Origin: Balanoglossus misakiensis
Taxonomy: Eukaryota; Animalia; Hemichordata
Assembly: GCA_040954595.2 (NCBI GenBank)
Contig: CM082596.2
Span: 10,842,454-10,906,453, forward strand
DNA length: 64,000 bases
Direction of reading: 5' to 3'
Both the position numbers and the translations under genes were made by a program. Each line of letters begins with the position of its first letter. Within the stretch, counting starts at the first letter, position 1. The notes beneath the pieces are model-generated. The model was not told where the DNA came from. It ran no database searches and saw nothing but the letters and a program-made list of their open reading frames with translations. This document shows positions 1 through 9,945 of this stretch, piece after piece.

Positions 1-1545
1 GAAATTCCCAACATCTGTGAAACCCACCAATTCACCAGAGCTCTTCTCAAAGACAAGATCTGCATGGATTTTCAGCTCATCATGGACCAGAACAACGTAC
101 TTTTGGTGTTCTGACAGCTCAGTGAAATTGCTCTCTCTGTACAGCTGCTGTATGACATCTCCTGTAATTCCATTGCCTCCTTTTGTCCAGTGAGTGTAAT
201 CAAGTAGGGTTCGCTCACTTGGTAACTTGATGACACCAGATTCTTTCAGTGTACGATATGCAGCCGAAGAACGTAGCTTTATATTCAAACACCACTTGAT
301 GAACATCGGGTGCCATCTCATCCCTTTTGACTCTGAACACTTCATGGCCTTTGTCTGCTGTTCCCAGAATAATTTCTGAAAGGAGCCCTCTTCAAATTCC
401 TTGTTGATAGTTTCTTCATAGTCAGCAGCAAATTTCTCAAAATCACCACTTAGCTCCTGATTGAAAACAAGACCATCTTTCTCTATACTGGCCTGCAATT
501 TCTGCTTCAAACGTCCTTCACTCATCTGCACTCTATTCTTTTCTTTTATAATGTTCTTTGTTCTCTCGTACAGTTCCTCATGAGAAAGTTTTGATAGTGG
601 TGCGTGACTGTTGTGGTCTGTTTTATTTTGCTTTTTTCCTGTCTCATTCTTCATTGTGTCTTTATGGAGCATGGAAAATAAAGAGTTTCTGAACTGCCAG
701 CAATTACCACATCGTTCATTTCCATTGTTCAAGATCATTTGACACTGAGCTGAGTGTATTGTTGTTTCAACTGTCTCACCTCTTCTGGTCTGCAAAGGTG
801 CCACATGCTGCCACCCAGCAACTTCATCTGCACTGCGAGCTTTCTTGAAGAAACCCTTCCGTGCTCTGGCAACACCATGAAATTTGGAATCTGGATTGCC
901 AATGCACACGATGGTATTGTGTACCATGTTAAGAATGTCAAGTACCATTGAAACAGAATTGACAGTTTGTGGCAATGTGCAAAGAGGTTTCTTATTGTCA
1001 CATGGCTCATTATAGACAGTGACTGACCAGTGTAAGTCCTTGGTTACAGTTATGTCTTTTATGACAGTTGACTGCATTGATGCATCTTTTATAATGTACA
1101 TCAGGTAGATATCATTGTCATCTGCCTGGTATAGCCAACCACATGGCAGAGAGCACTGAGCCAGACCCGTTCTTATGGATGTATATGGCAAAGGATAATG
1201 AAAAACAGGGTGTACTATTTGGTCATGTGTTCCTGTGATAAGACAAGAGTTTTCATTCGACATGTGGTGCACTGAGAATTCCACAGCCTTGTCAACGACC
1301 CTGTCATCTGTGCTGGATAAAGAATTGTCACATGCTGTTTCTTCAGTTGTTGAGATATGTTGTGGTACCTTGTCAATTCCCTGACTAACTGTATTTTGCT
1401 GGTTTTTAGAATATGACGCAGCAATTTCAGCAAAATCTTGCAAAACACTGAAGTTTCTCTCATTCTTTTTCAATTCTGTAGTGGGGCTCTTCTGTTGTAG
1501 ATCTTCTAACACCCGCCTAGCGCATTTCTTGTTAGGTGTGGTGAT
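1..1545 (-). pseudogene. P-element/THAP9-like transposase, large exon, duplicate copy running off the window start
   Basis: Appears identical to 3731-5275 (offset 3730), which encodes the GMRWHP...KLPSERTL...VLVHDELKI transposase region. Confidence 0.85.
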
Positions 1546-1747
1546 CTGCAAAGGTGGAAACACAAGGCATTACCACGTTAAAATTTTGAAAACTTAGCCA
1601 TGTTCCAGTATAGAACCTCAAGGGTTTTATTGTTCAAAGTTACAATCTTGATGATATTACATTGACTGCCTTGAAAGAAATTATGAAGTTTACAATGTGA
1701 ACTCAATCTTAACTCAAAATAGCAATACAAAATGCTAATATCATTAC

Positions 1748-1924
1748 CTTCTCTTCTCCTTGATGTGCCTCATTAATTTGGCTGTTTGAATGGGAGACAG
1801 CGATTTCCGCAAAATCTTGCAAAACACTGAAGCTTCTCTCATTCATTTTCAATTCTGTAGTGGGGCTCTTTTGTTGTAGTTCTTCTAACACCTGCCTAGC
1901 ACATTTCTTGTTAGGTGTGGTGAC
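1748..1924 (-). pseudogene. Transposase N-terminal repeat exon (duplicate copy)
   Basis: Copy of 5478-5654, flanked by an AG acceptor and a GTAATG donor. Confidence 0.55.
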
Positions 1925-2083
1925 CTCGAAAGGTGGAAACACAAGGCATTACCACGTTAATTTTTTGAAATCTTAGCCATTTTCCAGACTTCCAGTATAG
2001 AACCTCAAGGGTTTTATAGTTCAAAATTACAATCTTGATGATATGACAAGTCAAGTCTTATCATAATAATCATGTCTCAGTAC

Positions 2084-2230
2084 CTGTGCTGCATATTTCA
2101 CTTTCATACGTGAAAATGATGTCAGGTGTATGTGTTCATACTTCAGTTTGTGGCAGAGAAATAAACCTCCTCTCTCCAAATCAGCCTTGTACAAATCAGC
2201 TACTGTCTTCCAAACAATGTGCTCCCCATT
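2084..2230 (-). pseudogene. P-element transposase exon (GTP-binding insertion region, ...SRMKVKYAAQ)
   Basis: Minus strand tttgtaattacag|AATGGG...GCACAG|GTACTG. The 147 bp translate to NGEHIVWKTVADLYKADLERGGLFLCHKLKYEHIHLTSFSRMKVKYAAQ; MxVxxAAQ is characteristic of P transposases. Not in the ORF track. Confidence 0.85.
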
Positions 2231-2553
2231 CTGTAATTACAAATGAAAGGAATACTCACTAGATTAGTAAATTGTTTGTTACTCAATACTTAAAAAGCTA
2301 TGACAATAAACACAGGAAATGCAGATTGGCAGTAAATGGTACTATTGTTTTAATATAACAGTTATACTTTCATTAAAATTCTTTGGATTAATATAGCTTA
2401 ATACTTTTGAACAAATTATCTAACTTCAGTTTGAATGATAAAATGTGATGACAATACAGTTGAAGTCTAAAAACAAGATCATATAGAAGAATGCTGTCAA
2501 CGCACTCACAACGTATTGGGTCTATGATTCTATGTAATAATTTTCAGTCTTAC

Positions 2554-2859
2554 CCATAATAATCGCTTCTTGTTATGAGCACCAGAGTTTGACCAACAGT
2601 TTCTTGTCGTCTTTATAAGATGTGGCACATCTGACATGAAGTATATGTACCTATCTTCTTCATTGGCACACACATTCAGCGTTCTGTGTGTAATCAATTC
2701 GTGCTGCTCACCAGAGTCATGTAACCTGTAGAAACGTCTATTGGGTGATGCACCGTCTGAAGTAGACACTAATACTTTGAAGCCATATTCCTCCAAAACG
2801 TTAACAACTTCCCAGACTAGAGGAAATAAAAAGTCTGATGTGATTGAAGTTGTCGGATA
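2554..2859 (-). pseudogene. P-element transposase core continuing after the insertion
   Basis: YPTTSITSDFLFPLVWEVVNVLEEYGFKVLVSTSDGASPNRRFY...SDVPHLIKTTRNC...LLW|GTAAG. Contains the second catalytic Asp (SDG) and the DxxH motif, and ends at a GT donor at 2553. Confidence 0.88.
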
Positions 2860-3602
2860 TTATCATATGCCTATATTCACGAGCCCATGTAAAGTCTATG
2901 GGGAAAAGCGCCCTCACATCCATGCAGTTTTTTTGCTTATCACGCCCCGGCCCGGTGACCATATTTGGAAGACGCGTTCAATATCCGGATCTAGTTTTGT
3001 GTTTATTGCGCGAGATTCGAAAGTTGTTGTTGCTACGTTCTGAATTAAATTTTTCTGGTGCGGTGTCAGTGACTAGTGCACTTGCAGTGTGTGTATGTCC
3101 TATGCCGCTACCGAATCCCATCATCTCCCGTAATCGCTGCATGTTGTAGAGCTTTATTTGGAAATATGAATAGTAAAATTGATGATTTGATCTGATTAAT
3201 GTGTGACTGTCGGCGTCGATCGTCGCGAAGAAAAAATAATGTTTTGCTCGCGCTCGGCTCTGTGAGTTCGAGCGCGTCTATATCTCACGTGCAATAGAAT
3301 GTAAACAAATGACATCGTGCATATCAATCCGCAAGAACTGGAGGAATGCGCCTCTATGCTACGGGATAGATCATTTCAAAACGATAGATAAACACGTAAT
3401 ATTTACATTCCAAAATATTACAGAATGTGTATTTTATTAGTTTCTTGTAGATTATCGTTCAATAAGGCATATGATAAAACCTTTACGGCCCTGATACGGG
3501 TTTTGCGGCCCTCGGTCGTACGGCGATTCGCGCCCTCCCTGCGGTCGGGCGCTTCCGCCGTACGACCTCGGGCCGCAAAACCCGTATCAGGGCCGTAAAG
3601 AT
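2860..3602. mobile_element. Non-autonomous element with asymmetric ends (13-bp inverted repeats plus terminal hairpin) inserted in the transposase exon; Crypton- or Helentron-like, family unresolved
   Basis: Removing it with one TA restores the frame NYPVAH|YPTTS. TA lies at 2858-2859 and 3603-3604. ttatcatatgcct (2860-2872) is the inverse of aggcatatgataa (3465-3477). Hairpin at 3481-3600. Confidence 0.85.
3481..3600. repeat. 120-nt GC-rich palindrome/hairpin
   Basis: 31-bp perfect stem (3481-3511 / 3570-3600), a tc/tc mismatch, a 12-bp stem (3514-3525 / 3556-3567), then gcgccc/gggcgc. Confidence 0.95.
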
Positions 3603-5275
3603 TAATGTGCTACTGGATAATTTAAACGGATGCAGACACCCCTCACCATAAAGACGAGCATGTACTTGGCAATATCACGTTGCACTGGTCCGTCTAGCAG
3701 CGACATTTCATAGGCGATGAGGGAATTATTGAAATTCCCAACATCTGTGAAACCCACCAATTCACCAGAGCTCTTCTCAAAGACAAGATCTGCATGGATT
3801 TTCAGCTCATCATGGACCAGAACAACGTACTTTTGGTGTTCTGACAGCTCAGTGAAATTGCTCTCTCTGTACAGCTGCTGTATGACATCTCCTGTAATTC
3901 CATTGCCTCCTTTTGTCCAGTGAGTGTAATCAAGTAGGGTTCGCTCACTTGGTAACTTGATGACACCAGATTCTTTCAGTGTACGATATGCAGCCGAAGA
4001 ACGTAGCTTTATATTCAAACACCACTTGATGAACATCGGGTGCCATCTCATCCCTTTTGACTCTGAACACTTCATGGCCTTTGTCTGCTGTTCCCAGAAT
4101 AATTTCTGAAAGGAGCCCTCTTCAAATTCCTTGTTGATAGTTTCTTCATAGTCAGCAGCAAATTTCTCAAAATCACCACTTAGCTCCTGATTGAAAACAA
4201 GACCATCTTTCTCTATACTGGCCTGCAATTTCTGCTTCAAACGTCCTTCACTCATCTGCACTCTATTCTTTTCTTTTATAATGTTCTTTGTTCTCTCGTA
4301 CAGTTCCTCATGAGAAAGTTTTGATAGTGGTGCGTGACTGTTGTGGTCTGTTTTATTTTGCTTTTTTCCTGTCTCATTCTTCATTGTGTCTTTATGGAGC
4401 ATGGAAAATAAAGAGTTTCTGAACTGCCAGCAATTACCACATCGTTCATTTCCATTGTTCAAGATCATTTGACACTGAGCTGAGTGTATTGTTGTTTCAA
4501 CTGTCTCACCTCTTCTGGTCTGCAAAGGTGCCACATGCTGCCACCCAGCAACTTCATCTGCACTGCGAGCTTTCTTGAAGAAACCCTTCCGTGCTCTGGC
4601 AACACCATGAAATTTGGAATCTGGATTGCCAATGCACACGATGGTATTGTGTACCATGTTAAGAATGTCAAGTACCATTGAAACAGAATTGACAGTTTGT
4701 GGCAATGTGCAAAGAGGTTTCTTATTGTCACATGGCTCATTATAGACAGTGACTGACCAGTGTAAGTCCTTGGTTACAGTTATGTCTTTTATGACAGTTG
4801 ACTGCATTGATGCATCTTTTATAATGTACATCAGGTAGATATCATTGTCATCTGCCTGGTATAGCCAACCACATGGCAGAGAGCACTGAGCCAGACCCGT
4901 TCTTATGGATGTATATGGCAAAGGATAATGAAAAACAGGGTGTACTATTTGGTCATGTGTTCCTGTGATAAGACAAGAGTTTTCATTCGACATGTGGTGC
5001 ACTGAGAATTCCACAGCCTTGTCAACGACCCTGTCATCTGTGCTGGATAAAGAATTGTCACATGCTGTTTCTTCAGTTGTTGAGATATGTTGTGGTACCT
5101 TGTCAATTCCCTGACTAACTGTATTTTGCTGGTTTTTAGAATATGACGCAGCAATTTCAGCAAAATCTTGCAAAACACTGAAGTTTCTCTCATTCTTTTT
5201 CAATTCTGTAGTGGGGCTCTTCTGTTGTAGATCTTCTAACACCCGCCTAGCGCATTTCTTGTTAGGTGTGGTGAT
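3603..5275 (-). pseudogene. P-element/THAP9-like transposase, large exon
   Basis: 563-aa ORF (3602-5293) with CxxC, a coiled coil, GMRWHPMFIKWCL, KLPSERTLLDYT, the first catalytic Asp in VLVHDELKI and MLVFMVRG. Acceptor cctttgcag at 5276. The stop codon is created by the insertion junction. Confidence 0.88.
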
Positions 5276-5925
5276 CTGCAAAGGTGGAAACACAAGGCAT
5301 TACCACGTTAAAATTTTGAAAACTTAGCCATGTTCCAGTATAGAACCTCAAGGGTTTTATTGTTCAAAGTTACAATCTTGATGATATTACATTGACTGCC
5401 TTGAAAGAAATTATGAAGTTTACAATGTGAACTCAATCTTAACTCAAAATAGCAATACAAAATGCTAATATCATTACCTTCTCTTCTCCTTGATGTGCCT
5501 CATTAATTTGGCTGTTTGAATGGGAGACAGCGATTTCCGCAAAATCTTGCAAAACACTGAAGCTTCTCTCATTCATTTTCAATTCTGTAGTGGGGCTCTT
5601 TTGTTGTAGTTCTTCTAACACCTGCCTAGCACATTTCTTGTTAGGTGTGGTGACCTCGAAAGGTGGAAACACAAGGCATTACCACGTTAATTTTTTGAAA
5701 TCTTAGCCATTTTCCAGACTTCCAGTATAGAACCTCAAGGGTTTTATAGTTCAAAATTACAATCTTGATGATATGACATTGACCGCCCTGAAAGAAATTT
5801 TTACAACTTGGACTCAATCTTATCTCAAAGTAGCAATACAAAATGCCAATATCATTACCTTGTCTTCTCCTTGATGTGCCTCATTGTTTTGGCTGTTTGA
5901 ATGGGAGACAGCGATTTCCGCAAAT
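5155..5925. repeat. ~380-bp diverged tandem intron-exon duplication in the transposase 5' region
   Basis: aggtggaaacacaaggcattaccacg at 5282 and 5661; tcattacctt donors at ~5471 and ~5852; repeated peptide TTPNKKCAR.VLE.LQQKSPTTELK...FSVLQDFAEIA. Confidence 0.85.
5478..5654 (-). pseudogene. Transposase N-terminal repeat exon
   Basis: 177 bp, phase 0, VTTPNKK...HQGEEK|GTAATG. The acceptor is a weaker GAG. Confidence 0.55.
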
Positions 5926-6050
5926 TCATTCAGAATGCTAAAATCTCCCTTGTTACATCCTTTGTATCTTTTCACCTTTGCAGCGAGGCTCTTCTTCCTT
6001 TCTGCATTTTTAATCCTCCTCCCAATACCTTTCTTGTAGGGCATGGTGAT
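5859..6050 (-). pseudogene. Probable first coding exon of the transposase (MPYKKGIGRRIK...)
   Basis: tatcttcag|ATCACCATG...GACAAG|GTAATG; 192 bp; basic, NLS-like peptide. Confidence 0.55.
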
Positions 6051-7790
6051 CTGAAGATACAAATGCATAACAGCATTACTTTTTAAGTTTCAAATAGTAA
6101 CTAACAGCTACAGAAATGCTAGAGACTGTTTTGGGTCTACCATTCAAAACAATGGGAAGAGACCATCTTTACCAAATCACATGTTGTTCAAACCAAGTAC
6201 ACTGGTATAGTATTAATTAAGTTTTGACAACATACTTTCTGCTTTGGATAATTGTTTTCAAGGTGGTTCAGAAGCTGACAGCGTCCTGAAAGAGAATTGT
6301 GTGTTGTTTCTGATTTGGAATTTTACAATCTCTATCACTCCTATTAATAACTAGCTACTAATTACCTGGTCAATTGCTTCACAAATGAATGTATCTTTCA
6401 CAAAACACATCCTGGGAGAATCAGAAGCATCGCAGATAAATAGCTTCACTGTAACAACAAAGGTTTACTTTGTGTACGATACAATATGGGCACACGCCAT
6501 CATCACACCCTTATTGTTCCTGATATAATGGCATTTTGTGCTGCGTGTAAACGGAGGATTTACTCAAAAAAGGCTTGACAATACCTAACTGGACACATCA
6601 AGTGTTATTAAAAAAATATCCGCATTTGCGGCTTTCCAAAAAAATCTCCTCAAGGGTGGATGATCAAAAATAGACCCACGAGAAAAAAAAAGAAAACATA
6701 ACTTCCGGAAAGCCGGAGTGTCGCTGGTCGCATGATCGCATAACAACAAGTTGACTTCTTTTTTTCTTTCAACTGAATGTGAAATATCTGCGTAAAACCC
6801 CACCAATACACCCACAATTACATGGTAACAACAATTAAATAAGAGGTTAAGACATTCAAGGAATATCTTCCGTAAAAAAAGGACACAATCGGCAGCATGA
6901 AATTTTACGCTACATGCAACCGGAAGTATTTGTCTGCAAGCACGATGCACAAAAAGCATGGGCAAAATCGTCATTTATCACAGAAATTTGCCAGCCATCG
7001 ACAATCAGAGATTAGTACTATGCACGGTCGGTTTGTTACGACTTCCTGTGCGACGAAGGAACGTAAGAAATGCCAAATCTTGGAAAAACTGGGAGACAAA
7101 AATCCAAAACAAGTGAAGTTCTGGAAACAAAACAATCGAGACAGGTTCGGAACTACGCAATGTTCTTTTTGACGGCAAACGTAAAATTAACACTAACAGT
7201 TTAACAATGAAACACATCGTAGCACTTCTTGTATGCTGAAGATTTCATATTTTAAAGAATTTCCGATCGACGGATTGTCTTCTTACAGAAAAACGGTCAC
7301 AATCTCCGCGATGACTTCTACAACACGACATTCGGCGTCGCGTCATCATACACAAACAATTACTTGCTCTTCACAAATAGTTGTAAAATTGTGAAAAAAA
7401 AATAGAATACCTACCTTTTTATGGAGTAATGAAAACCTTAGATGATCAACATGGTACGGACGCAGCGTAAAAAAGCTTCTACTTCTGTGGAGTCGTTTGG
7501 ACGCAAACTTTAAGTGGACCGACGACGAGGAAGCAGCAGTGCGATGCTCGCGAACTGTAGCATACTGGATATGACGCTCGACGATATGCGATTCGGGTTA
7601 AAATTCACAGTCAGATATCACGACCAAAAAATAATCTCTTGGCCATGAGTGTTTTCAATAATTGTCTGTCTTCAAATGAAGACATGAAAAGTTTATTCGA
7701 GACCATTATTGGAAGAAATTAAGTTATATAATGTTTAAAATTGCAGCAAAAATCGGCGGGATTCGACCGGCATCAAACAACAATTGTATT

Positions 7791-7820
7791 CCGAAGATCA
7801 CTAAGATTACTTGTCGTCTG
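7791..7820 (-). other. Possible 5' terminus of the P-type element (CAGACGACAAGTAATCTTAG...)
   Basis: Starts with CA as P-superfamily TIRs do and closes a CpG-rich stretch upstream of the gene. The partner TIR is not in the window, so this is weak. Confidence 0.2.
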
Positions 7821-8887
7821 CAAAGCAGTCAGGGGTGTTGGACACTGACGATCGCCCATCCACGACCGATTGACACCTTTTGTAATTATTCCATTTAGGT
7901 TCAAAACCGGCTAATCCCCTTTTCCTTTGATGTTTGCCGCCCTTTCCTGTCCCTTTTTTCTCTAGGGTCTATGCCTGAACACTTCACCAGCATAGTTCAA
8001 TCCAAACCCAATTGTTTTTATGATAAAGTTGGACCTCTAAAGAGGAAACTGGGGGTGAAAGGGTTAAAGATTCCCCTTTCCAATGAATCCCATAAAATTG
8101 TTCAAACTTCAAAACTGCGGCAAGAGGAACACAAAACCAGTATTCACTAACTGCTCTTTCTGCCACGCCTAGACACATTCAAAATGATTTTTTTTTGTAT
8201 CAGGATTTTTTACATCAAAGACCAATCACATTGTAGAGGGTGCTCTCCTATTCCAAATCTTTTCTGTCATGTGACCAGGGTACTGTACTACTTGGCAATA
8301 AAATACCAAGTACATCCCGTTCTGATTTTCAAAGATCAAATCCTTTATGTGAAAATGAGGTTATGAAAAAAGAGCATTCCAATGACCTCTGAGGTCTCAC
8401 AAAATCTCACACATTAATTTTCAAGCTACAGCAATAATATTGAATGTTCAGAACATAACACTAGACATTTTTTCCCCTTGAGAGCCAAATGGAATGAAAA
8501 ACCAGGGTTGATACAAATGACGTTCCTAATTTCAATATATATCTCTTGCAATTTACAATCATTACTTATATAAGAATTGTACAGGAAAATACGTCTGTAG
8601 CGGTTATGGCTGGTGCATACAAATACACCTGAAACACTCGAACAGTATAAATATTTGAAAACTAGTGGGCTAATGGGAAGGAACAGAATACGACACATTC
8701 AAGGGTTGGCGGAAACTTGGCAAATCTTTAATATGCAGATGAAAAAGAGTTTGACAAAACCAGCTCCAAGCCGCCAAACCAGGGGAGGGGAAGCATTCAG
8801 GGAGTTCCCATTAGCCAGTAAAATACAAAACTGCCCAGTAACTTGCGAGAAAGATTCCTAACACGTTGGAGAAAAGATGTGAAAACT

Positions 8888-9879
8888 TCAAGACTGATTG
8901 TAGTGGGAACGCAAATGCTCTTGCATAGGGGTGGTGACAGAGCAGCACTTTTGTGGGCTGACATGTAAGTAGCGCAAGTAAGCGGAAGATGTCCAGTCCC
9001 CGTGCAATTTGATAAGTTCTCCAGGAACCCCTGCTTCGAGAGGGAAAGAAGCGCCGCCCCTGCGGAAACTATGGCCTGAGTAGATAGAGGGGTTGAACCC
9101 GGCTTGCGCTAAGACGGAACGCAGAAAAGACACAAATGCGCTGTGGGTGAGGGGGACTAGGGTACCCTGGGAAGGATAGACAAATGCTGGTGCTCCGGCT
9201 GGAGCTGGGATCAAGTCGCGCATGCGTTCGAAAGACGTGACTGGGCATAACACTGAGCCCGGCAACCGCGCAACTGGGATGGAGCACACCCGATCATGGG
9301 ACTGATTGGTTTTTGACCAACGAATGAGAACGTGTAGCCCAAAAGCACTAAACTGCATATCCCCCCGACACAGGTGCTTCTGGGGGTCAAAGGTCGTGCG
9401 AGAAGGAACAGTAAGGTTGGACTTCCTGAGAAATGTGAAAAAAACCAATAAGCAAGAGGTCCAAAAAACTTGATGAAAAGGGTTGGAAAAAATCTAACAA
9501 ACTATGAAAAGCTAACAGGATATGCGGATTGATGGGCAGCTTCTGAGTACATGACTGGGGATGAACTCGCTGAAGACCTCTCAAAGTCAGTTTGACTTGA
9601 AAACTCTCTAAGGCCGAACATTCAATGCGTAAATACGAATGCAACTTAGAAACACCATGCAGGTAGTTTTTAGTGACTGCACTGAACTGACTGAACGAGA
9701 TAAAAAGGTAAGAAACATGGAAAGAACATGCGGTGATGCCGGTGTTGGCTTGAGGCCGAAGAAGTGGCAAAACAATAAGAAAGCCTTCCACTGGCTTTTC
9801 AAATTTTGGACTGTCCCTGTAGCAAATGCAGAAGCTTGTAAGGCTGTTGTTTGCTGGTGAAGGGCAAGCCATGACGACC
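8888..9879 (-). pseudogene. Tyrosine recombinase of element 1 (frameshifted)
   Basis: Split over three frames: LKSQWKAFLLFC..., KLPINPHIL..., FLRKSNL...WSKTNQ...HSFRRGGA...HGDWTSSAYLRY. Confidence 0.9.
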
Positions 9880-9945
9880 CTGAAATAAGAAAATGAAACC
9901 TAACTGAGAATACATCTCGACGCTGGGAAGATGTACAGTGAAAGC

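Larger units (their letters stand above)
1..2048. repeat. Direct tandem duplication (period 3730 bp), copy of 3731-5778
   Basis: Position 1 gaaattcccaacatc matches 3731. Identity ends after atatgaca at 2048/5778. The ORF track shows identical ORFs offset by 3730 (735/4465, 1215/4945, 1709/5439). Confidence 0.95.

Noticed and set aside
3481-3600. tRNA, ncRNA or bacterial terminator/REP
   Set aside because: A single long stem with no cloverleaf or U-tail; better explained as a mobile element end.
6585-7217. Short ORFs upstream of the transposase
   Set aside because: No THAP or other motif, low-information peptides and no clear element ends.
7984-8861. Short ORFs and possible terminal repeats of element 1
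   Set aside because: No motifs; only an 11-bp match (gacacattcaa near 8172 and 8692), too short to call split direct repeats.
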